In this document: piece by piece, positions 28,716 to 38,830 of the stretch
How the letters are laid out: each line of letters starts with the position of its first letter
How positions within the stretch are numbered: the stretch's first letter is position 1
Assembly (NCBI GenBank): GCA_963745025.1
Contig: CAVUWD010000013.1
Location: 352,001-416,000 of the forward strand
DNA from: an uncultured delta proteobacterium
GTDB lineage: Bacteria > Desulfobacterota > Binatia > JACPRU01
Length of the DNA: 64,000 nucleotides
Direction of reading: 5' to 3'
Position numbers and translations under genes: made by a program
Notes under the pieces: model-generated
Seen by the model: the letters and a program-made list of their open reading frames with translations, nothing else
What the model was told of the DNA's origin: nothing
The model's database searches: none

Positions 28716-29204
28716 TCAGTCGAGCTCAGTCAGTGGCCACGATCGAAAATCGCGCTGGTAGATGACCCCGCCTTCGCGGCTGAAGACGAGAAAACGGTCG
28801 ACCGGCTCGGCCAGCGAGCCGTCCTTCAGATACTCCGCGCGCCGGTGCGCGAGCACTTCGTCGCCGTTCCCACGGCCCGATCTGGCGAGCGTCCAGGCCT
28901 GCTCGTCGTCCCAGACCGAGAGCCGCGCTCGCTCCTCCTTCTGTGCCGCCCGGGCGACGTAGTTTCCGAATCCCGCGAGTTTCCGCTCGCCGAGCGTCGG
29001 CGCCACGAGCACGGCGTCATCGGCGAGCCATTGGAACGGCACGGGCGAGAGCTCGAGATCGAGCCCGAGGCGCGCCGGCGCTGGGTGGGGGGCCCGCGCC
29101 TGCGGTGCTCCGCGGCGGATCGAAGCGCAAGCCGCGGTGACGACGAGCAACGCCAGAACGACCGTCGAGGCGGTTCTGGGAGTCGGGCGCCAAGCTGCAA
29201 GCAT
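28716..29204 (-). CDS. Hypothetical protein, possible lipoprotein
   Basis: VVLALLVVTAAC lipobox-like segment; co-oriented 7 nt upstream of bolA. Confidence 0.55.
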   Translation of the reverse strand: MLAAWRPTPRTASTVVLALLVVTAACASIRRGAPQARAPHPAPARLGLDLELSPVPFQWLADDAVLVAPTLGERKLAGFGNYVARAAQKEERARLSVWDDEQAWTLARSGRGNGDEVLAHRRAEYLKDGSLAEPVDRFLVFSREGGVIYQRDFRSWPLTELD

Positions 29205-29292
29205 GCAGCGAGCGTAGCAAGCGGAGAGGTGAAAATCGACGCGGCCCGTGGACCCGCCGCGTGGCGCCTGCTACATGCGGCGGGGCGACCGG

Positions 29293-29928
29293 ATGCTCGA
29301 CTGGATCCTGCAATTTCTCCATCAGCTCTACGACGTCCGCGGCCTCATCGAGTGGGGCGGGCTCGCCATGCTCACCGGGATCGTGTTCGCCGAGACCGGC
29401 TTGCTGTTCGGCTTCTTCCTGCCGGGCGACTCGTTGCTCGTCACGGCCGGAATCTTCGCGGCCGCCGGCGCGCTCGACGTCGTCACGGTGATCGCCATCT
29501 TGAGCGTCGCTGCGGTGAGCGGCGACCAGCTCGGCTACTGGATCGGTCTCACCACGGGACCGAAGGTCTTCTCCCGCGAGGACTCGATCTTCTTCCACAA
29601 GCGCCACGCCGAGCGCGCGCAGCAATTCTACGACCGCCACGGCGGCAAGACGATCATTCTCGCCCGCTTCATCCCGATCATCCGCACGTTCGCTCCGGTG
29701 GTCGCCGGCGTCGGCAAGATGGAATACCGGCGCTTCGTCGCCTACAACGTCGTCGGGGGCGTCGCGTGGGTCTGGGGCTTGACGCTCGCCGGCTACGGCC
29801 TCGGCAAGACCATCCCCAACATCGAGAAGAACATTCACCTCGTGATCGCGATCGTCATCTTCCTGTCGATCCTTCCCGGCATCATCGAATTCGCGAAGGC
29901 GAAGCTCGGCGCCGCGGCCGAGTCGTAG
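29293..29928 (+). CDS. dedA: DedA/VTT family membrane protein
   Basis: FAETGLLFGFFLPGDSLL, ARFIPIIRTFAP. Confidence 0.95.
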   Translation: MLDWILQFLHQLYDVRGLIEWGGLAMLTGIVFAETGLLFGFFLPGDSLLVTAGIFAAAGALDVVTVIAILSVAAVSGDQLGYWIGLTTGPKVFSREDSIFFHKRHAERAQQFYDRHGGKTIILARFIPIIRTFAPVVAGVGKMEYRRFVAYNVVGGVAWVWGLTLAGYGLGKTIPNIEKNIHLVIAIVIFLSILPGIIEFAKAKLGAAAES

Positions 29929-29929
29929 G

Positions 29930-29951
29930 GGCCTCCGGAGGAGGCCTTTTT
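29930..29951 (+). terminator. Rho-independent terminator after dedA
   Basis: GGCCTCC-GGA-GGAGGCC hairpin followed by TTTTT between convergent genes. Confidence 0.65.
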
Positions 29952-29953
29952 CT

Positions 29954-30871
29954 TCAGTCCGCTTCCGTGTTCGCCTCGGCCTCGTCCGGCGCGTTCTTGC
30001 TCGTCAGGAATTCGATGAAACGCTCGGCGGCGGGAGAGAACTGCTTTCCCCTCCGATGGATGATGGCGAGCGGGCGAGAGAGCTGTTCATCGCTGAACTG
30101 CACGACCGTCAACGTTTCGCTCTTGACCTCGGACTGAACCGCCGGCTCGGGAACGATGGCGACCCCTTGACCGACTTCGACGAAGCGCTTGATGGTGTCG
30201 ATGTTGTCGACTTCCGAGACGTAGCGGAGCGCCACACCGCGGGCCCGCAGCGCACGATCGATCGCACGCCGCGTGGCGATGTCACGCTCGAAGCCGATTG
30301 CCGCCTCCCCGTGGATCCTCTGTATCGAGATCTGCTTGTAGGAAGCGAGCGGATGCTGCGGGTGGCAGATCAACACCAGGCGGTCCTCGCGGAAGGGCAT
30401 TATGACGAGCTGCGGGCGCCGCGCCGGGTAGGCGACGATGCCGAAATCGATCGAGCCGCGCAACACGTCTTCCTGGATCTCGCTGGAGCGACTGTAAGCG
30501 AGCTGGACCTTCACCTGCGGGTAGGCGCGCAGAAAGCGCCGCAGCGGCGACGACAGCTCGTAGAGGCCTACGCTGTAGACAGTGGCGATTCGCAGCGTGC
30601 CGCCGACGCGATGACTCAAGGACTGCAGGCCGCCCTCCATCTCGAGATATCGCTGGACGATCTCTTTGCTCGCTTGGTAGACGATCTCGCCCGCCGGCGT
30701 GACCCGCACGGCGCCGCGCGTGCGCTCGATCAGCTTGCAGCCGTACTTGGTTTCGAGTGCGCGGATCTGTTGGCTGACCGCCGATTGCGTGATGAAATTC
30801 TGGGACGCGGCGGTCGAGAAGCTGCGCGTCTCGGCGACGTCACAGAAGACCTTCAGGGTCTCGATGTGCAT
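29954..30871 (-). CDS. LysR family transcriptional regulator
   Basis: SFSTAA...ITQSAVSQQIRALE HTH, TPAGE. Confidence 0.95.
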   Translation of the reverse strand: MHIETLKVFCDVAETRSFSTAASQNFITQSAVSQQIRALETKYGCKLIERTRGAVRVTPAGEIVYQASKEIVQRYLEMEGGLQSLSHRVGGTLRIATVYSVGLYELSSPLRRFLRAYPQVKVQLAYSRSSEIQEDVLRGSIDFGIVAYPARRPQLVIMPFREDRLVLICHPQHPLASYKQISIQRIHGEAAIGFERDIATRRAIDRALRARGVALRYVSEVDNIDTIKRFVEVGQGVAIVPEPAVQSEVKSETLTVVQFSDEQLSRPLAIIHRRGKQFSPAAERFIEFLTSKNAPDEAEANTEAD

Positions 30872-30944
30872 GAATAAGTTTTTTTTGTTGGAAACCGGCG
30901 TTGAAATTAGATTAACGTTGACCGCCAATGCAAGGGGGAGCCGC

Positions 30945-31763
30945 ATGATCCGACCGGGTAAGCTCCATCATGCAGCGCTACGCGTCGCCGACTTCGAGCG
31001 GTCGAAGGCGTTCTACGAGGGGGTGCTCGGGATGAGCACCGTGCCGCGTCCCGATCTCGGTTTTCCAGGGGCTTGGTACGGTCTCGGCGATGGACAGCTG
31101 CACCTCATGCAGTGCCGGAAGTACGGCGAGGGGCCGATCGACCCGACCGAGGCGCACGTGGCAATCGAAGTCGAGGACTACGAAGCCACCAAGGCGACGC
31201 TTCGCCAACGCGGCGTCGAGTTCCTCGAACTCGGGCCTCAGCTGTGGATCCACGATCCCGACGGCTACACCGTCGAGCTCCGGCAGAAGGGGAAGCGGCC
31301 TTCCGCTCGGCCGGTCGACTTGGCCCGCGGGATGAGGAACAGGGGCAAGCACTGGCTCTTCAAGACCGAACCCTCCACGTACTCGTTCGCTCAGCTCCGC
31401 GCCGAAGGCCGGACCACCTGGGACGGGGTGAAGAATCCACTCGCGCTGAAGCATCTGGCGAGCGTCGCCGACGGCGATTCCGTGTTCATCTACCACACGG
31501 GGGACGAGAAGGCGGTCGTCGGCGTCGCGCGCGCCGCGAGCGACCCCTACCCCGACCCGAAGACGAAGGATGCGAAGCTCCTGGTCGTCGATCTCACGCC
31601 GCTGCGGGCGCTGGCGGAGCCGGTTCCTCTGGCAGCGATCAAGGCGAGCAAGCGCTTCGCCGGCTTCGATCTCGTGCGCCTGCCGCGATTGTCGGTCATG
31701 CCCGTTTCCGAAGCGCAGGCGGACGAGATCGAGAGGATGGCCAAGGAGCGCTCGATTCGATAG
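30945..31763 (+). CDS. VOC/glyoxalase domain fused to EVE domain
   Basis: LHHAAL...FYEGVLG...DPDGYTVEL followed in frame by WLFKTEP, WDGVKN, FIYHTG, PRLSVMPV. Confidence 0.85.
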   Translation: MIRPGKLHHAALRVADFERSKAFYEGVLGMSTVPRPDLGFPGAWYGLGDGQLHLMQCRKYGEGPIDPTEAHVAIEVEDYEATKATLRQRGVEFLELGPQLWIHDPDGYTVELRQKGKRPSARPVDLARGMRNRGKHWLFKTEPSTYSFAQLRAEGRTTWDGVKNPLALKHLASVADGDSVFIYHTGDEKAVVGVARAASDPYPDPKTKDAKLLVVDLTPLRALAEPVPLAAIKASKRFAGFDLVRLPRLSVMPVSEAQADEIERMAKERSIR

Positions 31764-31824
31764 AAGCCCTCTTCTTCCCGCGCGGGGGGTGGACTCTGCG
31801 CGGCGGCGTTTGGGGTGAGGCCCG

Positions 31825-32760
31825 ATGGAATCGCGCAAGCTGAAGTTCGGCGTCACGCTGCCGCAATGGGGGGCGACCTGGTCAGAGGTGAAGGAGATCG
31901 CGCTCCTCGCCGAAGAAGTGGGCTTCGACTCCGTGTGGGTGGCGGATCACTTCCTCGGCGTCGGCTCGGAGGATCCGCTCGAAGCCTGGACGGAGATGAC
32001 GGCGGTGGCCGCACTGACGAAGCGGATCGAGATCGGCTTTCTCGTGCTCTGCAACAGCTACCGGCCGCCGGCGCTGCTCGCAAAGATGGCCACCACGTTC
32101 GACGCCGTCTCTAACGGCCGTTTGATCGTGGGTTACGGCGCCGGCTGGTTCGCCCAGGAGTACGAAGCCTACGGTTACGAGTATCCGCAGATCCGCACTC
32201 GCCTCGAGCAGCTCGAGGAGGGGCTCGAGATCTTGAAGCGCATGTGGACGGAGGACGCGCCGACGTTCCACGGCGTGCACTACCACGTCGAAAACGCGCG
32301 CTGCTGGCCGAAGCCGGTTCGCAAGCCGCACCCGCCGATCCTGGTCGGCGGCGGTGGCGAGAAGATCCTCCTGAAGCTCGTCGCTCGCTATGCGGACATC
32401 TGGAACAACCTCGGCGCGTTCCACGCCGACGTCGGCCGGAAGCTCGCCGTCCTGCGGTTGCACTGCGAGAAGATCGGGCGGAGCTTCGAAGACATCGAGG
32501 TCTCGCAGCAGACCATCGGAGCGATCGGGCTCGACAAGGAAGAGGCGCGCCGGCGCACCGACGCGGTTCACCAGGAAGTCGGCTTCCTGACCGGCGCGCC
32601 GGCGCTTTGCCCGACCGGAACGCCGGGCGAGATCATCGAGCGCTTGCGTAAGAGCGTCGCCATGGGCGTGACGACCTTCATCATCAGCTTCGGCCGCCAC
32701 GTCACGGCGGAGAGCGTTCGGCTGTTCGGCAAAGAAGTCCTGCCGGCGCTCCGCTCTTGA
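31825..32760 (+). CDS. LLM-class flavin/F420-dependent oxidoreductase
   Basis: GFDSVWVADH, RPPALLAKMATTFD, PPILVGGGGEK. Confidence 0.93.
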   Translation: MESRKLKFGVTLPQWGATWSEVKEIALLAEEVGFDSVWVADHFLGVGSEDPLEAWTEMTAVAALTKRIEIGFLVLCNSYRPPALLAKMATTFDAVSNGRLIVGYGAGWFAQEYEAYGYEYPQIRTRLEQLEEGLEILKRMWTEDAPTFHGVHYHVENARCWPKPVRKPHPPILVGGGGEKILLKLVARYADIWNNLGAFHADVGRKLAVLRLHCEKIGRSFEDIEVSQQTIGAIGLDKEEARRRTDAVHQEVGFLTGAPALCPTGTPGEIIERLRKSVAMGVTTFIISFGRHVTAESVRLFGKEVLPALRS

Positions 32761-33419
32761 GTCGGACCGTGCGAGCGAGATGCGTGTGGCTCGCGTTCGC
32801 GGCCGTCGTCGTTGCGGGGTGCCGACATTCGCCCTCCCCGGAAGTGCCGCGACCGATCGAGCGGCCGGAGCGGTTCACCTGCTGCAACCTCCCGTACAGC
32901 TCCGAAACGATCAGCGACGCGAACTACTGGACGGGAACGAAGCTGCCCGCGGGCACCCCCGTGCGGATCGAGCGGCTGACCAACGATTCGGTGACGTTCT
33001 CGGCGGGCGAGGTCACGCTCACGCTCACCCACGAGTACGGTACGAAGCAGGAATCCTTCCAGCAGTATCTCGACAAGGTGCTCGTTGCCGACGACCCGCG
33101 ACCGCGGATCGCCGTCTATCCCCGCGCCGTGCGCCGCGCGATCGGCAACGCCAAAGTCGAGCGGGGAATGACGCGTGAGCAGGTGCTGCTGTCGCTCGGC
33201 TATCCGCCCACCCACCGCACGCCGTCCCTACAGGATCGCGAGTGGACGTACTGGTGGAACCGCTCCCTCACCTACACGGTCGTTTTCGACAACGCGGGCA
33301 AGATCGCCGACGTCATCGGGCGGCCCGCCCCGACCGCCGAGGTGCCGATCGCGAATGCCGATCGACCGCCTCCCAAACCCGATTCAACCAAGGCCTCGAA
33401 GAAGCACAAGGGGCAGTAG
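32757..33419 (+). CDS. Lipoprotein with SmpA/BamE-like C-terminal domain
   Basis: VVAGC lipobox; GMTREQVLLSLGYP...WTY. Confidence 0.75.
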   Translation: MSRTVRARCVWLAFAAVVVAGCRHSPSPEVPRPIERPERFTCCNLPYSSETISDANYWTGTKLPAGTPVRIERLTNDSVTFSAGEVTLTLTHEYGTKQESFQQYLDKVLVADDPRPRIAVYPRAVRRAIGNAKVERGMTREQVLLSLGYPPTHRTPSLQDREWTYWWNRSLTYTVVFDNAGKIADVIGRPAPTAEVPIANADRPPPKPDSTKASKKHKGQ

Positions 33420-33646
33420 CCGGCGAGCAGCGGCCAGGACCCTTTTCCGAGTCGTGGGCCATTTTCGGATCTGCACGAATGGTGGCTTCGATTGCCCAAA
33501 TGACCCACTCCCCTCTTTCGGGTGCCGTCCTAAGCGGACAGCACCCTCTTTCGGGCAATCTTGACTTGGTCGCCGACATTGAGGAAGGAATGCTCGGTTA
33601 TTTTCACGAGACAACGCGGAAAGAGATTCCAAGGAGGATCGCAATC

Positions 33647-34579
33647 ATGGCTCTACTCGATGGCAGGGTCGCGCTGGTCACCGGTGGCGGGCGCGGAATC
33701 GGTCGCGAAGAGGCGCTGCTTCTCGCCAAGCACGGCGCGGCGGTCGTCGTAAACGACCTGGGCGGCGGCTTCGACGGCAGCGGCAACGACGTCGGTCCCG
33801 CGCAGGAGGTCGTGAACGAGATCAAGAAGGCGGGTGGCAAGGCGGTCGCCAACGGGGACAGCGTCTCGGACTTCAAGGGCGCCAAGCGCATGATGGATTG
33901 CGCGGTCGACAACTTCGGTTCGATCGACATCGTCGTCAACAACGCGGGAATCCTCCGCGACCGGATGATCTTCAACATGTCGGAAGACGATTGGGATGCG
34001 GTGATCGCAGTGCACCTGAAGGGCACGTTCGCGGTCACGCGTCATGTCGCCGAGTACTGGCGGAACAAGAACAAGCAGAGCAGTCAGCCGGTGAACGGCC
34101 GCGTCATCAACACCTCCTCCGACTCGGGACTGCTCGGCAACCCGAGCCAGTCGAACTATGGCGCGGCGAAGGCGGCGATCGCGGCATTCTCGGTGATCGT
34201 CGACCATGAGCTCAAGAAGTACGGCGTCACCGTCAACGCGATCGCGCCGGTCGCGCGCACCCGGCTCACGGTCGATGCGACGCCGGCGACCGCGGCGATC
34301 ATGGGCCAGAAGCCCCGAGAAGGCGAGTTCGACATCTTCCATCCTGCCAACGTCGCGCCCCTGGTGGTTTGGCTGGCGACCGACGATGCCAAGGACGTGC
34401 ACGGAATGGTGTTCCGCGTCGGCGGCCGGTCGGTGTGGGTCATGCAGGGCTGGCATTCCGCGGCGCAGGTCAAAGCCAGCGGAAGGTGGGATCCGGCGGC
34501 GCTCGGCAAGGCTCTCAAGCCCGAGCTCGGCAAGGTCAAGAAAGAGACCACGAACGACATCTATGCGGGAGGGCTGTAA
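33647..34579 (+). CDS. SDR family oxidoreductase (3-hydroxyacyl-CoA dehydrogenase-like)
   Basis: TGGGRGIG, VVNDLG, NNAGILRD, YGAAK; AGGAGG RBS. Confidence 0.95.
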   Translation: MALLDGRVALVTGGGRGIGREEALLLAKHGAAVVVNDLGGGFDGSGNDVGPAQEVVNEIKKAGGKAVANGDSVSDFKGAKRMMDCAVDNFGSIDIVVNNAGILRDRMIFNMSEDDWDAVIAVHLKGTFAVTRHVAEYWRNKNKQSSQPVNGRVINTSSDSGLLGNPSQSNYGAAKAAIAAFSVIVDHELKKYGVTVNAIAPVARTRLTVDATPATAAIMGQKPREGEFDIFHPANVAPLVVWLATDDAKDVHGMVFRVGGRSVWVMQGWHSAAQVKASGRWDPAALGKALKPELGKVKKETTNDIYAGGL

Positions 34580-34587
34580 GGAGAAGA

Positions 34588-34661
34588 GGCTACCGGGCAC
34601 CGGCTACCGGCAAAGACGCCTGGATTCTCTTGCGGTAGCCGGCAGCCGGCTACCGGCAGCC
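34588..34661. repeat. Heptamer-arm palindromic element, copy B
   Basis: GGCTACC GGGCACC GGCTACC GGCAAAGACG...CTCTTGC GGTAGCC GGCAGCC... Confidence 0.88.
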
Positions 34662-34666
34662 TATTT

Positions 34667-35170
34667 ATGAACGTCCTCTTCGTCTGCCACGCCAATACCA
34701 GCCGCTCGATCATGGCGGAGACGCTGCTGCGGCAAATGTTGCAAGAGCGCGGACTTGCCCATTCCATCAAGGTCCACTCCGCCGGCGTCGCACCGTTCGC
34801 CCGCGACGGCGCCCTCGTCTCGCTCGATACGCGCTTCGCGCTGCGTGACCACGGGATCGAGCTCGCCGAGGGGAAAACTTCGACCGCCCTCAAGCGCAAT
34901 CTCCATCTCCTGGAGACGGCTGACCTCGTGCTCGCCATGACGGCCGAGCAAAGGTCGATCGTGGAGCGCTATCCCCAAGCGGCGGGAAAACTGATTCACA
35001 CGTTGCGAGAGTTCGCCGGCGACGGCGGCGACGTCGCCGATCCGGCGAGCCGCGACGAGAGCTTCTTCCGCGAGACTTGCGCGCTGATCAAGCAGGCGCT
35101 GGAGCGTTCGCTCCCTCGCCTGCTTGCGGCTACCGGCTACCGACTACCGACTACCGCAGCGAAACCGTGA
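34667..35170 (+). CDS. Low-molecular-weight protein tyrosine/arginine phosphatase
   Basis: VLFVCHANTSRS P-loop, SAG, DVADP. Confidence 0.92.
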   Translation: MNVLFVCHANTSRSIMAETLLRQMLQERGLAHSIKVHSAGVAPFARDGALVSLDTRFALRDHGIELAEGKTSTALKRNLHLLETADLVLAMTAEQRSIVERYPQAAGKLIHTLREFAGDGGDVADPASRDESFFRETCALIKQALERSLPRLLAATGYRLPTTAAKP

Positions 35171-35201
35171 AGTCTTTGCCGGCAGCCGGCAGCCGGTAGC
35201 C
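35128..35201. repeat. Heptamer-arm palindromic element, copy C (core inverted; overlaps phosphatase 3' end)
   Basis: (GGCTACC)2(GACTACC)2...AGTCTTTGCC (GGCAGCC)2 GGTAGCC. Confidence 0.88.
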
Positions 35202-35260
35202 GTCTTTCCCTCCGGTCTGTCGACTCTCTCTTCAGGCGCTGGTACACGCTTCTGTTCAGC

Positions 35261-38200
35261 GTGGTCGAAGGACGGAGCATCGCCGATATCGTCTGTGCCC
35301 TCGCCGACACGGGAGTCGCTCCCCCCCGGCGGACGCGGCTCTTCGGCCTGCGCGGCGGAGCGCGCGCGTACCTCGTGGCGCGGTTCCTGACGGCGCGGCC
35401 GAGCCCATCCGTGGTGGTCGCTCCGTCACTGCGAGACGCCGAGGGATGGGTACGGGCGCTCCGCTTCTTCCTCGGCGACGATGAAGGCGCGTCGCCGCTC
35501 GAGCGGCGCGTCCATTGGATGCCTCCTTGGGATGCCGAGCCGCTGTCGAGCGCATCGCCGACCGAAGAGATCGTCGCCGAGCGTCTGTCGACGCTCTATC
35601 AGCTGAATCAGGCCAAGGCGCCGATCGCCGTGACGACGGCCGAAGCGCTGCTGCAGCGGGTTCCACCGCGAGAAATGCTTCTCGAGCTCTCGCAGTACTG
35701 GGTCGAGGGCGAAGAAGCCGGATTCGAAGTTGTCGCCGAGCGTCTCGCGCGCGCCGGTTATCAGCGAATGCCGCAAGTCGAGGACCGGGGCGAGTTCGCG
35801 GTGCGGGGCGGCATCATCGACGTTTTCCCGGCCGTGGTGGCCTTGCCGCTCCGCCTGCAGTTCGACGGGGACGTGCTCGAGGCGATCCGTACGTTCGATC
35901 CCGCCACGCAGTGCTCGCTCGGCCGCGTTCCGGAGGTGCTGATCACGCCCTGGCGTGAGTATCCGCTCGAGCGTTGGCGCGACCCGGCGGTGCGTCGCAC
36001 GGTGGAGGCTCGGGCGCAGGACCTCGATGTCGCCCGCCCCGAACGGCTCGCCGCGCTCGATCGCATGGAGGTCGGCCTGGCGTTTCCCGGCAGTCCGTTC
36101 TTGCTGCCGTTCCTCCATCCGGCGCTCGACACGTTCGCCGACTACTGTCCCGCGGGCGCGCTCTTTTGGATCGATCAACCGGTTGCGGTCGAAGCCGGCG
36201 AGGAGGCATTCGCGCGGAGTCTCGCCGAGCACGCAGCGCTGGCCGCCGCAGCCCACCGCCTCGTGCCGCGCGTCGAGGAGCTCTATCTCGAGCCTTCCGT
36301 CGCGAGGTCACATCGCGAGTCGTTCGCCCGGGTAGAGCTCGACTCCATCGATTTGCTCGCGGGCGAAGACGCGCGGCAGGGGGTTCTTCGGGTGAAGAGC
36401 TTCACGACGGGCGATCTCGGCGTCGTGACGAAGGCGAGCGGGCGTGAGACGTCGATCCGCCCACTCGTCGACCGCATCCAGGGATGGGAGCACGACGGCG
36501 AGCGCGTCGTGCTCGTCGTTCACGACCGCGCCCAGGCCAATCGCCTGAAAGGACTCTGCGCGGTTCACGAGCTCGAGATGCCGATTCTCGATCGCAAGTT
36601 TCCCGAACTCCCCGCGGAGATCCGCCGGGCGATCCTGATCGGCGAGCTGGGAAGCGGCTTCCGTCTACCGATCGATCGATTGGTGATCGTCTCCGAGGAA
36701 GAGATCTTCGGCGAACGTCGCCACCGGCGGGGTCGCGTGGTCGACGTCGGCAAGTTCCTGGCCGGCCTCGCGGAGCTCAAGCCCGACGATTACATCGTGC
36801 ACATCGATCACGGCATCGGCCGATACAAGGGCCTGCGGCACTTGACGGTCGCAGCTACCGAGGGGGACTACCTGCACCTGGAATACCAGGGTGGAGACCG
36901 ACTCTACGTGCCGGTCGATCGCATCAACGTGGTCGAGAAGTACGTCGGCGCCGACGGCTCGGCACCGGAACTCGACAAGCTCGGCGGCACGTCGTGGGAA
37001 AAGGTCAAGGCGAAGACCCGTGAGGCGGTGTTTGCGATGGCCCACGAGCTGCTCGACATCTACGCCGCGCGCGAGGTCATGGAGGGGCACTCCTTCGCTC
37101 CGCCCGATGACTATTTTCGCGAATTCGAGGCGCGGTTTCCGTTCGAGGAGACTCCCGACCAGGAACGGGCCATCGTCGACGTGCTCGCGGACCTGCAGAA
37201 GTCCCGTCCGATGGACCGCCTGGTGTGCGGCGACGTCGGCTTCGGCAAGACCGAGGTCGCGCTGCGCGCTGCCTTCGCCGTCGTCATGGAAGGCAAGCAG
37301 GTGCTCGTGCTGGTGCCGACCACGGTGCTCGCGCAGCAGCACTTCGAGAGCTTCCACAAGCGGTTTGCCGGCTTTCCGGTGCGCATCGAGCTGTTGTCGC
37401 GCTTTCGCCGAGGGGAGCGGGCGAGAGAAGTGCTGCGCGCGATGCGGCGGGGCGAGGTCGACATCGTGATCGGCACGCATCGCCTATTGCAGAAAGACGT
37501 CGAGCTCGACGACCTCGGGCTGCTCGTCATCGACGAAGAGCACCGGTTCGGCGTGACGCACAAGGAGAAGATCAAGAAGCTCCGCAAGCTCGTCGACGTG
37601 CTCACGCTGACGGCGACGCCCATCCCGCGCACGCTGCACATGGCGCTGTCCGGCATCCGCGATCTGTCGATCATCGAGAGCCCGCCGGTCGACCGGCAGG
37701 CGATCCGCACGTACGTGACCCGCTATGACGAGGGGCTGATTCGCGAGGCATCGCTCCGCGAACTCGCTCGCGGCGGTCAGGTTTTCTTCGTGCACAATCG
37801 AGTCGAGACCATCGACAAGGCCGCCGCGCGCCTGCGCGACCTCATTCCCGAGGCGCGCTTCGGCGTCGCCCACGGACAGATGCCCGGGACGCCGCTCGAA
37901 AAGGTCATGCTCGATTTTCTCGAGAAGCGGATCGATGTGTTGGTCACGACGGCGATCATCGAGTCCGGCCTCGACATCCCGAATGCGAACACGATCTTCA
38001 TCGACCGCGCCGATCACTTCGGCCTGGCGCAGCTCTACCAGCTGCGCGGCCGCGTCGGGCGCTCGCACCAGCGCGCGTATGCGTATCTCCTGCTACCCGG
38101 AGAGACGCTGATCGGCCGCGACGCGCAGAAGCGGCTCGAGGTGCTCGCCTCGCTCGACGACCTGGGCGGCGGTTTTCGACTGGCCGTCCACGACCTCGAG

Positions 38201-38830
38201 ATCCGCGGCGCCGGGAACTTGCTCGGCAAGCAGCAGTCGGGTCAGGTCGCCGCCGTCGGCTTCGAGCTCTACACGCAGATGCTCGAGGACGCGATCCGCG
38301 AGCTCCGCGGCGAGCGGCGGCGGGTCGAGGTCGAGCCCGAAATCCAGCTCGGCATCTCGGCGTTCATTCCCGAAGACTACGTGGCCGACGTGAGCCAGCG
38401 CCTCGCGGTTTACAAGCGCATGGCGCGCGCGGAGAGCCGGGAGGAACTCGACGAGCTCCGGGGCGAGCTCGAGGACCGATTCGGGCCCGTGCCGGCACGC
38501 GTCGTCGCGCTGATCGCGGTCATGGACCTGCGCCGGCACTTGAAGCGAGCGATGGTCGTGCGCCTGCGTCGTCAGGCGACGAGGCTCGTGCTTCGCTTCC
38601 ACGAAGCGAGCGAAATCGATCCCGCTCGTCTGGTCGAGCTGGCCCGCTCCCGCCGCGACGTTCGAGTGATGCCCGACAACGAGGTGTCGATCCCCGTGCT
38701 GCACATCGATCTCGAGGGCATCACCCACGCCGTGCTCGCCCTACTGGGCGAGCTCGGCGTGGGACTAGAGGGCGCGATGGACAGGGACGAGAAAAACCGA
38801 CAAATGGCACCCCTGGAGGTCCGACAATGA
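35261..38830 (+). CDS. mfd: Transcription-repair coupling factor
   Basis: GEFAVRGGIID, HGIGRY, CGDVGFGKT, DEEHRFG, TATPIPRT, QLRGRVGR, DLEIRGAG. Confidence 0.98.
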   Translation: MVEGRSIADIVCALADTGVAPPRRTRLFGLRGGARAYLVARFLTARPSPSVVVAPSLRDAEGWVRALRFFLGDDEGASPLERRVHWMPPWDAEPLSSASPTEEIVAERLSTLYQLNQAKAPIAVTTAEALLQRVPPREMLLELSQYWVEGEEAGFEVVAERLARAGYQRMPQVEDRGEFAVRGGIIDVFPAVVALPLRLQFDGDVLEAIRTFDPATQCSLGRVPEVLITPWREYPLERWRDPAVRRTVEARAQDLDVARPERLAALDRMEVGLAFPGSPFLLPFLHPALDTFADYCPAGALFWIDQPVAVEAGEEAFARSLAEHAALAAAAHRLVPRVEELYLEPSVARSHRESFARVELDSIDLLAGEDARQGVLRVKSFTTGDLGVVTKASGRETSIRPLVDRIQGWEHDGERVVLVVHDRAQANRLKGLCAVHELEMPILDRKFPELPAEIRRAILIGELGSGFRLPIDRLVIVSEEEIFGERRHRRGRVVDVGKFLAGLAELKPDDYIVHIDHGIGRYKGLRHLTVAATEGDYLHLEYQGGDRLYVPVDRINVVEKYVGADGSAPELDKLGGTSWEKVKAKTREAVFAMAHELLDIYAAREVMEGHSFAPPDDYFREFEARFPFEETPDQERAIVDVLADLQKSRPMDRLVCGDVGFGKTEVALRAAFAVVMEGKQVLVLVPTTVLAQQHFESFHKRFAGFPVRIELLSRFRRGERAREVLRAMRRGEVDIVIGTHRLLQKDVELDDLGLLVIDEEHRFGVTHKEKIKKLRKLVDVLTLTATPIPRTLHMALSGIRDLSIIESPPVDRQAIRTYVTRYDEGLIREASLRELARGGQVFFVHNRVETIDKAAARLRDLIPEARFGVAHGQMPGTPLEKVMLDFLEKRIDVLVTTAIIESGLDIPNANTIFIDRADHFGLAQLYQLRGRVGRSHQRAYAYLLLPGETLIGRDAQKRLEVLASLDDLGGGFRLAVHDLEIRGAGNLLGKQQSGQVAAVGFELYTQMLEDAIRELRGERRRVEVEPEIQLGISAFIPEDYVADVSQRLAVYKRMARAESREELDELRGELEDRFGPVPARVVALIAVMDLRRHLKRAMVVRLRRQATRLVLRFHEASEIDPARLVELARSRRDVRVMPDNEVSIPVLHIDLEGITHAVLALLGELGVGLEGAMDRDEKNRQMAPLEVRQ

